From an uncultured Arcobacteraceae bacterium (GTDB taxonomy: Bacteria > Campylobacterota > Campylobacteria > Campylobacterales > Arcobacteraceae), in assembly GCA_964022095.1 (NCBI GenBank), contig CAXHZO010000001.1:192001-256000 (forward strand): DNA of 64,000 nt. The letters are read 5' to 3'. The notes under the pieces were generated by a model. The model was not told the DNA's origin, did no database searches, and saw only the letters and a program-made list of their open reading frames with translations. Below are positions 52,317 through 62,019 of this stretch, piece after piece. How positions within the stretch are numbered: the first letter of the stretch is position 1; the number at the start of each line of letters is the position of its first letter. The position numbers and the translations under genes are program-made.

Positions 52317-55300
52317 TTATTTGATTTCGTAAACTGCTGTTGAGCCACTCATTTCAAAAGCAACTAATAATAAAGCATTACCAGTTGGCGAATTATCAGC
52401 TTTTATAAATTTCATACCCTCAGGAGAAATATCTCCATCTTTTTGAGTGTTAATAAACTTAACAAATTTAGCATCTGCTGGTATTGTAATATCATATACT
52501 ACAATTGCATTTTGTCTTTCTAATCCTACAAAAGCATAAGTTTGAGTTCCAATTTTACCAACAGTTATAGCTTCAGGCTCAACACCTTTATTTCCACTTC
52601 TACCATCAATATCACCATCATCTTGGTTAAATAAATTTGGCATCATTTTTGAAGTTATTTTTGAAAGTGCATCACCACTATCCCAAACTAAGTTTGCTTC
52701 ATCATCCCAAATTGTGAAACTTCTTGCACCAAATGCATATAATTTATCATAATCACCATCTAAATCTGTATCACCCATATCAGTGATAACTTTTAAATCA
52801 TTTTCATCTGAATAAGAAGCAGAGATTACAGAATCTAAATCAAGTTTTTTAATTTTTGCTTCATCAACAAAAACATCATTATCTGATGAGTCTAAATACT
52901 CTCTTCCATCACCTTCATTTGCTGTAACTAAATAAGTTTTACCATCAACTTTATATGAAGCGATTGAATCAGGCATATATAAACCTTTTAATCCCTTATA
53001 ATTCTTCATTAATGCAAAACCTTCTTCTTCAATATCAATTGTATTTTCATTTTCATAATCTTTAGATCCTAAAGATTTAACAGCAATTACAACTGGAGTT
53101 GAAGTACTAATATCTATTTTTGCAACTGCATTGTTTTCTTGTAAAGTTACATATGCATAAGTTCCACTAACTGTGATATATTCTGGTTCTAAATCTAAAG
53201 CCTTATCATCACTTGGTGTTCCACCTAATCTAACAGGTGTTTCATCTTCTGCATTACTTAATGTTGCATTTTCAAATCCAACCTCAGCATATCCTGTATC
53301 GTTATCTTCAACATTTGCATCAGCTAATGTTACAATACCAACTGTTCCTGCTACATCAACATAAGTTCCAGATGAAGCATCAGGTTCACCTTCATTTGCT
53401 ACAATAACTTTTGCACCATCTTCACTAAATGTAACCATATCAGGTAAATATCCAACAGTTGTTTGAGAAATTAAATTACCTTCAACATCAAACACTACAA
53501 CTTTCCCTTTTGTAGTTACTTTATCAGAACTTCCAACTGCAACTGCAACTTTTCCATTTGCTACTGCAACACTTTGAACACCAGCACCATAAGTTGATAA
53601 ATCAACTTGTGTAGTTGTTCCTAAAGTTCCATCTTCATTCATAGGTGTAATATCTAAAGTATTATCTGCCCCATTAGTTGTAAACATCTTTTGTGAGTTT
53701 TTGTCAAAGGCAACAATTTCACTTCCAGCTTCTTTAGAAGTTTCTAAAGTTGCGATTTTAGTTACTGAATCAATAGTTTTAACATCATTTAACTCAGTTA
53801 AATTTTTAAATGGTCCTACATATCCAATCACAGATTGTCCTGCATCAGTTGTATTATCATCTGGGTGTTGAGTAACTACAGACATATATCCAAAGCCATT
53901 TGCTAAATCAGTATACCAAAATGGAGAAGTAGACTCAGCTCCAACTGGAGTTGTAAATGTTCTCGTTAACTCTTTTGTTTTCACATTGTATGACCATACA
54001 ACATTGTTTTCATGTTTCCCTGTATCTTCACCAATAGTTAAAACATCAGAGTTAGGTAAAAATGAAACATTATCTGGATTTGAAATTCCATTTACATCAC
54101 AATAGTTCCCAGCGTATGTAGTTCCATCTTCATAAGTTATAGGGTTACCTTCTAAGATTGAATACATATTTTCAACTACATATTTAGAAGATATTTTTGA
54201 ATCAGCAGTATCTTTTAACATATTTGTTGAAACATCTAATGCATAAACTGCACCACATTTATTTTGTTCAACTTTAATATCATCATTTCCACCTAAATCA
54301 TTTGAAGAATTTTCTTCCATCCCTCTTTCAACAGAACTCATTGCAACATATAAAGTTCCACTGTTTTTATCAAAAGTAATACCTTCTTCTTTTCTAAACT
54401 CAGTTGTTGCACCCATGTATGCAGCATATCTTCTAGTTTCTAATCTTGAAGCAGCTTTTTCCATACCATCTTTAAGTTTTAAACACTCTTGTCCTGCACT
54501 TGTATTAACTGAAGTAAATCCTTCAGAACAAGTTCCATCTATACCTTCAGATACTTCAAAAATATCAGAGAAATTTAAAGCATCATTAGTAGTTACATCA
54601 CCATCTGGATCTAAATAATCTCTAATCTCAGAATTTGTAGAATGTCCTAAATTAATCCAAGTTATATCAGCTTCACCAGCTCCAACTCCAATTTCAGATG
54701 TTTGATTCCATTTTGCAGCATATAATGTACCAGTACTTAAGTCTTTTGCTTTATCTGCAACAAACATAAATAACCCAACATTTGTTCCATCATCACTCAT
54801 ATACACAGTTTTATTATCTGGCATCACATATGATAATTCATGAGAGAATCTACCCATTGAATAGTGTTTAGAGTATTGAGCTTCTCCGTCATCACTAATT
54901 TTAACTTCTGGAGACCAACCATAATAGTATGGGTTCATTTTTGTAAAATCACCACCCCAGAATTTTGCAGTTTCATCATAATACTTACTTCCAGTTGCTT
55001 TATCAAATCCAGCAGCTTCAACTGCTCTTGCATCAGTTTCATACTCTTCAGAACCTAAATGAGATTCCCAAGGTGTTTTTTGACCAGCACAGTGAACAAA
55101 TCCACCAAACTCATCTTTTTGTGAAATAAACTCTAATGTTCCCTCTTTTGCACTTAATTTTCCATCTTCTTTTTGCTCTAATTCAGTCATGTACATTGCA
55201 CCAATTTGACACTCAAATTGTGAAACCATATATAATTTATCATTTACATTTAAAAATGAAGAGTAATCAAGTCCAGAACCAACACCTTCATTTGTACCAT

Positions 55301-56081
55301 TACAAATATATGGCTCACCTTCACCAAAAGTTATAGCTTCATCATTCATATCTTTTACTAAACCAAAAATTTCTTTTGTAGTATCATCTTGATAATTTGT
55401 ATGCATTATCGGTGTATAAGAAATTTCTTGTTCAGTTCCATTAATCATAACTTTTGAACTAGCTTGTTGAGTTAATTTATCTATTTCAGTAACTGGAGTT
55501 TGAATCTCTTCAAATTTAACTTCAACTCTTTTTGAAGTTTTTGCAGAAGCTATTTTCCCTTTATTTTTTTCAAACTTAGTTTTTAAATCACTATCTACAT
55601 CAATGTCAGATAATAAACTTTCACTAAATTTATCAAATGAACTAAAATCAGTAATATCATCAGTTGCACTTTTAAAAGTTTCTGAAATTTTAGCATTTTG
55701 TGCTTTTGATAACTCTGCTTGAGTTAATCCAGTTGCTGCAGATACATATCCCCAAATTGCATCAGAACTAACATTTGGGTTTTTTGTAGTATCTTCTAAA
55801 ATACTATCAATAGTTAAATTTGCCCCAGCAGTTGACTTTAGTTTTACTCCACCAAATGTAAATTCACACTCATCACCTGCATTAAAATTATATTCACCAT
55901 TATCATTAGTAGTGCCTGAGTTTGAACCACATACATAATCAATATTCCCTAAATATGGATTAAGTTGTAAAGATCCCGTTGATGTTGAAGAACTTGAATT
56001 ATTTGAAGAACTTCCACAACCAACGAAGGTAAAAGTAGCTAAAAGTGCACATGCACTTAAACTTAAATACGATTTATTCAT
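52317..56081 (-). CDS. phoX: Lipoprotein: PhoX-family alkaline phosphatase (DUF839) fused to a choice-of-anchor-I beta-propeller
   Basis: Lipobox FVGC; PhoX-type CAGQKTPW..HL.SEE, MGRFSHE, K.EG, NPDN, GED, QHP; C-terminal LPDMVTF, ANEGEP, LEPEYI, LQENNA, ANEGD.R, KG.EPE, GLER, PEG. Confidence 0.85.
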   Translation of the reverse strand: MNKSYLSLSACALLATFTFVGCGSSSNNSSSSTSTGSLQLNPYLGNIDYVCGSNSGTTNDNGEYNFNAGDECEFTFGGVKLKSTAGANLTIDSILEDTTKNPNVSSDAIWGYVSAATGLTQAELSKAQNAKISETFKSATDDITDFSSFDKFSESLLSDIDVDSDLKTKFEKNKGKIASAKTSKRVEVKFEEIQTPVTEIDKLTQQASSKVMINGTEQEISYTPIMHTNYQDDTTKEIFGLVKDMNDEAITFGEGEPYICNGTNEGVGSGLDYSSFLNVNDKLYMVSQFECQIGAMYMTELEQKEDGKLSAKEGTLEFISQKDEFGGFVHCAGQKTPWESHLGSEEYETDARAVEAAGFDKATGSKYYDETAKFWGGDFTKMNPYYYGWSPEVKISDDGEAQYSKHYSMGRFSHELSYVMPDNKTVYMSDDGTNVGLFMFVADKAKDLSTGTLYAAKWNQTSEIGVGAGEADITWINLGHSTNSEIRDYLDPDGDVTTNDALNFSDIFEVSEGIDGTCSEGFTSVNTSAGQECLKLKDGMEKAASRLETRRYAAYMGATTEFRKEEGITFDKNSGTLYVAMSSVERGMEENSSNDLGGNDDIKVEQNKCGAVYALDVSTNMLKDTADSKISSKYVVENMYSILEGNPITYEDGTTYAGNYCDVNGISNPDNVSFLPNSDVLTIGEDTGKHENNVVWSYNVKTKELTRTFTTPVGAESTSPFWYTDLANGFGYMSVVTQHPDDNTTDAGQSVIGYVGPFKNLTELNDVKTIDSVTKIATLETSKEAGSEIVAFDKNSQKMFTTNGADNTLDITPMNEDGTLGTTTQVDLSTYGAGVQSVAVANGKVAVAVGSSDKVTTKGKVVVFDVEGNLISQTTVGYLPDMVTFSEDGAKVIVANEGEPDASSGTYVDVAGTVGIVTLADANVEDNDTGYAEVGFENATLSNAEDETPVRLGGTPSDDKALDLEPEYITVSGTYAYVTLQENNAVAKIDISTSTPVVIAVKSLGSKDYENENTIDIEEEGFALMKNYKGLKGLYMPDSIASYKVDGKTYLVTANEGDGREYLDSSDNDVFVDEAKIKKLDLDSVISASYSDENDLKVITDMGDTDLDGDYDKLYAFGARSFTIWDDEANLVWDSGDALSKITSKMMPNLFNQDDGDIDGRSGNKGVEPEAITVGKIGTQTYAFVGLERQNAIVVYDITIPADAKFVKFINTQKDGDISPEGMKFIKADNSPTGNALLLVAFEMSGSTAVYEIK

Positions 56082-56118
56082 TATATTTCCTTTTAGATTT
56101 TGTGTTTTGACATCGCTA

Positions 56119-56151
56119 ATTCTAAAATCAAAAAATTACTATTTGATAACA
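56119..56151 (-). promoter_or_regulatory. Pho-box-type promoter of phoX
   Basis: TGTTAT-CAAATA-GTAAT-N10-TAGAAT. Confidence 0.75.
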
Positions 56152-56227
56152 TTTATAAAAATGGTGACTTGATTTTTTAAATATAATAATGACAAGAGCT
56201 ACTACTAGGTACTTTAGTGTTATAAAT

Positions 56228-56270
56228 AAACTTATAAAAAGGATACAGTGGTATCCTTATTTTTTAAGTT
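56228..56270 (-). terminator. Intrinsic terminator of the four-gene operon
   Basis: Minus strand AAGGATAC-cact-GTATCCTT followed by TTT; extended AAACTTA/TAAGTTT pairing. Confidence 0.7.
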
Positions 56271-56271
56271 T

Positions 56272-56580
56272 TTAGAATATTTTTATATATTTGTGTTCAG
56301 GAGTTTTTCGTAGATAAAATTCTAATTTTGAAGGTTTTGTATTTGTATTTATTAAAACAGATTTTTTTAAAAAAGGAAATCTTTTATTAGCTAGTTCTTT
56401 ACCGTGCTGATCTAAAAGTTTAATACTATATAAACCACATTTATTTCTACTATTACTACTACATACTATATTTGCTTTTTTTAAACTACTATCATATGAT
56501 ACTTCCAAATCAATTGTGTAACTTACAGGATGAGAAAAAGCTATACTTGCACATAGTAAACTTAATAATATTTTTTTCAT
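56272..56580 (-). CDS. Small periplasmic hypothetical protein (mature N-terminus His-Pro)
   Basis: MKKILLSLLCASIAFS|HP signal peptide; C-x7-C; ATGA overlap with the upstream gene. Confidence 0.75.
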   Translation of the reverse strand: MKKILLSLLCASIAFSHPVSYTIDLEVSYDSSLKKANIVCSSNSRNKCGLYSIKLLDQHGKELANKRFPFLKKSVLINTNTKPSKLEFYLRKTPEHKYIKIF

Positions 56581-57059
56581 TTTACAACTCCAATACAATA
56601 ATCATATTCACTCTTTTGAACATCAGTTTTTAAATTTGTTTTTAAATCATTTAACTTATAAGCAAGCATTATCTTTTCATCCATTGTACATACTGTTGTC
56701 TCACTTGTTAGAACAAAAGGAATATCAAAAACAATGCTTAATCTTTTTTTATCAAATAGTAAATCTACATTTTTAGGTTTTATCTCAAACTCTTTATCTT
56801 CATTTGCTAAAAAGATATTATAGTTATTGTTTTTTAACTTATAAAAATGTGCTTCTAAAAACTGTTTTTTTTCATCTTCATCTAAAACTTTATTTCTATT
56901 TTTATCAAAATCAAACATTAAAATTTTTGAGTTCAATCTATCAAATTTCCATATATTTTTTATATTGCTATGGCTTATTTCTAAACTTGAATCTAAAAAA
57001 TAGTGAGGATGAGCAAAAACATAAACTGTAAATATCAAAAATAAAACTAACTTTTTCAT
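56577..57059 (-). CDS. DUF1007-family periplasmic protein
   Basis: VFA|HPH.F.D N-terminus, W.FD..S, EF-hand-like DFDKNRNKVLDEDE. Confidence 0.8.
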   Translation of the reverse strand: MKKLVLFLIFTVYVFAHPHYFLDSSLEISHSNIKNIWKFDRLNSKILMFDFDKNRNKVLDEDEKKQFLEAHFYKLKNNNYNIFLANEDKEFEIKPKNVDLLFDKKRLSIVFDIPFVLTSETTVCTMDEKIMLAYKLNDLKTNLKTDVQKSEYDYCIGVVK

Positions 57060-57787
57060 ACTAATAACACTGCTCCCATGGCAAATAAAATAGCTATTCC
57101 ACCATAAGAGATTAAATTCATAATTGAACTTAGATTTTTGCTATTTGATTTTTTAATTTGTGTTGATAAAATTGCTGCAAGGGAGATTGTAATTCCCATT
57201 CCAATACTCATGGTAATTGCACTTAAAACTCCTAGATTTATGTACCCTAAAATAATAGAAAAAAGAACAATTGACATAACACCAGGACAAGGTACGATTC
57301 CAATACTCATAGTAACAGCTAATAAACTTTTATTTCCCACTCTTTGAACTTTCTCCTCTTCATTTCTATCTTTATATGTTTCATATAATAAAAATAGTGC
57401 AATTAAAATGATAAATATAGCAGATACTTTATACATGTTTGAATTTATATCTGAGAAATATTTTGTAATTGCACTTTCAAAAAACATATATAAAACAAAT
57501 GTAATTACAAGTGCTGAAATTGTATGTATAACAGACGTTAAAAAACCAGCTTTAAAAGCCTCTTTCATTTTTGCACCTTTTACTAAAAAGTAACTAGCAA
57601 TTACCATTTTTCCATGACCTGGCCCTAAAGCATGAATAAGCCCATAAATAAAAGATACTGCTAAAATATACAAGAACATATTCTCATCACCTGCTTCTAA
57701 TTTATCAAATGAATCACTAATTGTTAAATTAATTTTTTGTTGAGTGCTTATTATAAAATTTAAAAACCCATTATATATATCTGTCAT
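57056..57787 (-). CDS. NiCoT/RcnA-like (HoxN/HupN/NixA family) metal transporter
   Basis: YGLIHALGPGHGK, GIVPCP, MSIGMGITIS; lacks the His-rich loop. Confidence 0.85.
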   Translation of the reverse strand: MTDIYNGFLNFIISTQQKINLTISDSFDKLEAGDENMFLYILAVSFIYGLIHALGPGHGKMVIASYFLVKGAKMKEAFKAGFLTSVIHTISALVITFVLYMFFESAITKYFSDINSNMYKVSAIFIILIALFLLYETYKDRNEEEKVQRVGNKSLLAVTMSIGIVPCPGVMSIVLFSIILGYINLGVLSAITMSIGMGITISLAAILSTQIKKSNSKNLSSIMNLISYGGIAILFAMGAVLLV

Positions 57788-59535
57788 TTTTCAACCTTTT
57801 GTAAATGTGTCATTGTTCCAGCTTTAATATTTTTATGTACATTATTGGAAGGTTTTATATGTACATCTTTTCCGTATATATAGCTTTGTTCATCAACAAT
57901 CACCTTATAAGCTTTATTAAGTTTAATTGCTCTTTTAATACTTGGTAGAATCAAATATGAGATGTCATCTTTTATTTTTTCTAACTCTTGAGTTTTAAAT
58001 TTCCATTCTTGTTTTAATATAACCTCTGGATTTTCTAACTTTGTTATTAAATCTTTTTGTATATTTGAAGTGTTTTTTTCCCAATCTTTTTTAAAAAACT
58101 TTTTCATAACTTCATGATTTGATCTAAACTCATCCCCTGCACTATTGTTTTGTAAATATCTAACATACTCTGTTTGGCCATTATGAAGTTTTTTATCAGG
58201 TATACCTTCTAAACCTTTTTGAGTCCAATGATACCAACCATCTAAATATGAATCAAATTCAAGTTTTCTTTGAAACACATAAGTAGAATCTACAATTGCA
58301 CCAACATTACTATGGCAGCCCATACATGAAAGAGTTTCTTCATAAGTTTGTGGTCTTAAATCACCCTTTTTATCTTCAATAAAACCTTGATAAGTCCATC
58401 CTCTTTTATTTCCAAGACCTTTTTCCATATCACCTAAGTAAACATCTAATCTATCTGGAAAGTCATGTCTTTCTTTTATATCCGCTAAACCTATATTTAT
58501 TAATTGTGAATATGTATTCCAGTGAGTTTTTTTTGCATACCTAAACTCTTTTAATCTTGAAGACATTTTTATTTTTTCATCTTTATCGAAATCTATATAT
58601 CTAACAGTATGCGCAAATTCAGTTCCAATAGGATAAAGTCCTGGAGCAATTTTTATTTTATTTTCAAGTAAAAGTTTTTTTGCAAAACCTACATAAGTCA
58701 TTGAAAAATCATAGATTCTTCTAGTTTTAAAATCATACTTTGGTTTTATCCAATTAAACACAATTTGTGAAGCAATATCTAATTTGCCATTTTGGTTTAA
58801 ATCTACACCAAATTTGTTTTCATCAGTTTTAGGAATATCTATTGTTTTTTGTTTTATTAGTGATTCAACTATTAAAAGATTGATTTTATAAACATCTAAA
58901 TCAAACTCACCATTTTCATCAGTTTGAAACTTTTTTGAAAGTCTAATTAGAACATCATCAGTACTACCATTTGTTGGCCAGAATGTTCCTAAAAATGGTT
59001 GATATGCAAAGGCTCTCCATCCTGAGTATTTATCATTGTTTGTTTTATCGAAACCTTGTGAATCAAAATTAAAATTAATATCAGGAATATATCCATCCCA
59101 TTTTCCATTGTTATTAAAATCCCAATTTTTATTTAAATTTTCAAGTTTTGATTTTAAGATAATTTGACCATCGCTATTTTTATAATTATCTTCTCTTATA
59201 TATTTTAAAATAGCTTCGTTACTTATTTTTTCAATATCTTTTGTTCTATCTTTAAATAAGTTTGTCCATTTGTTTTTTAATGCAGGGGAAGGGAAATCAT
59301 ACCCTTCTTGTAAATCAGCATCTAAAAGTGTGTAATTTGGTTCTTTATTTTTAACATGACATGAAAAACATGGGTTATGCAAAATGTTTTCATTAATATC
59401 ATTTACTGTTTTAGTATAGCATTGACTTGGGATGTATGCTGTTTTATTATATAGCTTTTTTGACTTTAAATCTAACTCTTTACTACACAGAATATTTAGC
59501 AATAAAATACTAAACACCATAATTATTTTAAACAT
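57784..59535 (-). CDS. Exported 583-aa protein with two c-type haem motifs
   Basis: Hydrophobic N-terminal signal; CFSCH and CMGCH; also QCYTKT, FWPTNGSTDDVLIRL, GFIED..G.LRPQ. Confidence 0.8.
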   Translation of the reverse strand: MFKIIMVFSILLLNILCSKELDLKSKKLYNKTAYIPSQCYTKTVNDINENILHNPCFSCHVKNKEPNYTLLDADLQEGYDFPSPALKNKWTNLFKDRTKDIEKISNEAILKYIREDNYKNSDGQIILKSKLENLNKNWDFNNNGKWDGYIPDINFNFDSQGFDKTNNDKYSGWRAFAYQPFLGTFWPTNGSTDDVLIRLSKKFQTDENGEFDLDVYKINLLIVESLIKQKTIDIPKTDENKFGVDLNQNGKLDIASQIVFNWIKPKYDFKTRRIYDFSMTYVGFAKKLLLENKIKIAPGLYPIGTEFAHTVRYIDFDKDEKIKMSSRLKEFRYAKKTHWNTYSQLINIGLADIKERHDFPDRLDVYLGDMEKGLGNKRGWTYQGFIEDKKGDLRPQTYEETLSCMGCHSNVGAIVDSTYVFQRKLEFDSYLDGWYHWTQKGLEGIPDKKLHNGQTEYVRYLQNNSAGDEFRSNHEVMKKFFKKDWEKNTSNIQKDLITKLENPEVILKQEWKFKTQELEKIKDDISYLILPSIKRAIKLNKAYKVIVDEQSYIYGKDVHIKPSNNVHKNIKAGTMTHLQKVEK

Positions 59536-59560
59536 ATATTTTCCTTCAAATTTAAAGGCA

Positions 59561-59593
59561 ATTATAATTTCAAATAATTACAAGTTGATAACA
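59561..59593 (-). promoter_or_regulatory. Pho-box-type promoter of the cytochrome/NiCoT operon
   Basis: TGTTAT-CAACTT-GTAAT-N10-TATAAT, near-identical to the phoX promoter. Confidence 0.75.
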
Positions 59594-59617
59594 GCCTCAA
59601 AGTGGTTACTTTAAAAG

Positions 59618-59650
59618 TGTCACCTTTTTGTAATCAAAGGTTACTAAAAT
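59618..59650 (+). promoter_or_regulatory. Pho-box-type promoter of the olsF-like gene
   Basis: TGTCAC-CTTTTT-GTAAT-N10-TAAAAT. Confidence 0.7.
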
Positions 59651-59669
59651 TTCATCAAGGAGTATATAG

Positions 59670-61382
59670 ATGATAGATGTACAAAAAGAGATAGAAAAAA
59701 AGTTTCCAAAGATAAAAACAAAACAGAACTTTTTGAAAAAATCTTTATTTAAAGTGGCTAAGAAAATAGTTCATGAAGACTCTATAAACAATTTTTTACA
59801 ACAAAATTCACACCTAAAAGGCTTTGATTTTGTTGATGCGGTTTTAGACTATTTTGATTTTGATTATACAGCTTCTAGTAATGATATTCAAAACATTCCT
59901 TCAAGTGGTAAAGTTGTGATAATTGCAAATCATCCATTAGGTGGACTTGATGCTTTATGCTTATTAAGACTAGTTGGTCAAGTTAGAAAAGATGTAAAAA
60001 TTGTAGCTAATGATTTTTTAGTTGGATTTGAGGCTTTAAGCTCACTTTTTATTCCAATTGACAATTATAAAATGAAGCAATCAAAACAGGATATAAAAAA
60101 TATATATGAAGCTTTAAATAATGAAGAAGCAATCATAATTTTTCCTGCTGGAGAAGTTAGTCGTGCTACTTCAAAAGGAATTAAAGATCCAAATTGGAAC
60201 AAAGGATTTTTAAATTTTGCGAAAAATACAAATTCACCTATTTTGCCAATTTTTTTAAATGCTAAAAACTCTAAGACATTTTATACAATTTCTTTAATAA
60301 ACAAAACATTTTCAACTTTACTTTTATCAAATGAAATGTTTAATAAAAAATCAAAAAGAATAAATATAAAAATTGGAAAAATTATTCCAAATGAAAATAT
60401 TTTACCAAAGGGATTAGATAAAAAATATGTTTTAAATCTATATAGAAAACATCTATACTCATTAAAAAAAGGGAAGAAGTCTTTTTTTGAAACACAAAGT
60501 GCAATTGCCCATCCAGTAAATAGAAAAGATTTATTAAGTGAGCTTAAAAACTCTAAACTAATAGGTCAAACAAGCGATGGTAAAAAAATCTATTTATATG
60601 ATTATGTAGAAGATTCAATTGTACTAAAAGAGCTAGGAAGACTAAGAGAATTGTCTTTTAGAAAAGTTGGGGAAGGTATTAATAAAAAAAGAGACACAGA
60701 TAAGTATGATATTTACTACCAACATATTATTTTATGGGATGAGAATGACTTAGAAATAGTTGGTTCATATAGAATTGGTAATAGTGATTTTATATTTAAA
60801 AATATTGGAGTAAAAGGTTTTTATTCATATAATTTATTTAAATACAATGAAGAGTTTACACCTTATTTAAAAAATTCAATTGAGCTTGGAAGAAGTTTTG
60901 TTCAGCCAAAGTATTGGGGAACTAGAGCACTTGATTATCTATGGTTTGGAATTGGAGCTTATTTAAAAACTAATCCACAAATAAAATATATGTTTGGTCC
61001 CGTTTCACTTAGTGCAACTTATCCAAAAACTGCAAAAGATTTATTAGTATTTTATTATAAGCACTATTTTGGAGAGAGTAAACAACTTGTAAATTCAACA
61101 CAACCTTATCAATTTTCTAATAAACAATCAGAAATAAAACAACTTTTTAATTTAGAAGATAGAAAAAAAGATTTTAAAGTACTAAAAGCAAGTTTAGCAA
61201 ATATGAATGTTTCTGTACCAACTTTATATAAACAATATAGCGACATAGCACAAGATGGTGGTGTTAAATTTTTAGGATTTAATATTGATAAAGATTTTAA
61301 TGATTGTATCGATGGATTTATATTAGTAGAAGTAGATAAAATTAAAGATACTGCAAGAAAAAGATATATAGATAAAGAGTAA
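59670..61382 (+). CDS. olsF: Bifunctional acyltransferase (PlsC-like + GNAT), OlsF-like ornithine-lipid synthase
   Basis: ANHPLGGLD and FPAGEV acyltransferase motifs; C-terminal GRLRE.SFR.VGEG..DKYD, ELGRSFV, LW.GIG, P.LYKQY (OlsB-like GNAT). Confidence 0.8.
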   Translation: MIDVQKEIEKKFPKIKTKQNFLKKSLFKVAKKIVHEDSINNFLQQNSHLKGFDFVDAVLDYFDFDYTASSNDIQNIPSSGKVVIIANHPLGGLDALCLLRLVGQVRKDVKIVANDFLVGFEALSSLFIPIDNYKMKQSKQDIKNIYEALNNEEAIIIFPAGEVSRATSKGIKDPNWNKGFLNFAKNTNSPILPIFLNAKNSKTFYTISLINKTFSTLLLSNEMFNKKSKRINIKIGKIIPNENILPKGLDKKYVLNLYRKHLYSLKKGKKSFFETQSAIAHPVNRKDLLSELKNSKLIGQTSDGKKIYLYDYVEDSIVLKELGRLRELSFRKVGEGINKKRDTDKYDIYYQHIILWDENDLEIVGSYRIGNSDFIFKNIGVKGFYSYNLFKYNEEFTPYLKNSIELGRSFVQPKYWGTRALDYLWFGIGAYLKTNPQIKYMFGPVSLSATYPKTAKDLLVFYYKHYFGESKQLVNSTQPYQFSNKQSEIKQLFNLEDRKKDFKVLKASLANMNVSVPTLYKQYSDIAQDGGVKFLGFNIDKDFNDCIDGFILVEVDKIKDTARKRYIDKE

Positions 61383-61393
61383 ACCTCTTTATC
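61371..61393. terminator. Hairpin between convergent genes
   Basis: GATAAAGAG-taaac-CTCTTTATC. Confidence 0.55.
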
Positions 61394-61400
61394 TTAAAAA

Positions 61401-61916
61401 CTATTTTTTACAGTGTTGAGCATAGAACTCACCAAATTTAAGTCCTGTTCCATCTCTGTCTTTTTTTACTGTATATTTTGTACCTACAGCATTACACTCA
61501 TCAATCCATGAGTATAAATCATAAACTTTTACTGTTTTAAAACCCATTTGTCTAAATGTTTGTGCTTCAATTGATGCTCTTGCTGCTGAGTTACAAACAA
61601 CAATTAATTTATCTTTTACAAAATTATCATCAATATCTGTAACAACATTTGCTAGAGCTACTTCAGGTGCTTGTCTACCAATTCTATAACTTCCTGGAAT
61701 ATTAGCCCCTGACCACTCTTCTAATGTTCTTACATCAACAACTGCCCAGTCTTTTGATTTTAAAGCTTTTTTTACTTCTTGAGTTGTTGCATAAGTACCT
61801 GCTTTTTTCTCTTGAGCTTTTAAATTTTTTGTTAAACTTTTGTAGTCAATAAAACCTTCTGCTAACATTGTTGAAGCTAATAAACCTAATCCTAGTAAAA
61901 TATTTCCTAATTTCAT
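61401..61916 (-). CDS. Periplasmic rhodanese-domain protein
   Basis: Signal peptide; VVDVRT.EEW...IPGS; active-site loop CNSAARA. Confidence 0.85.
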   Translation of the reverse strand: MKLGNILLGLGLLASTMLAEGFIDYKSLTKNLKAQEKKAGTYATTQEVKKALKSKDWAVVDVRTLEEWSGANIPGSYRIGRQAPEVALANVVTDIDDNFVKDKLIVVCNSAARASIEAQTFRQMGFKTVKVYDLYSWIDECNAVGTKYTVKKDRDGTGLKFGEFYAQHCKK

Positions 61917-62019
61917 CTTTTCTCCTTAATGATTTAAGAAGAGTTTATATTAAATATCTTTACATATAAGTTAAAACTATAATTTATTTATTTATAAATA
62001 TTATAATAAATTATAGTAT

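Noticed and set aside
56581-56598. ORF-track start MYWSCK for the small periplasmic protein
   Set aside because: The ATG at 56580 gives a canonical signal peptide and an ATGA overlap like the rest of the operon.
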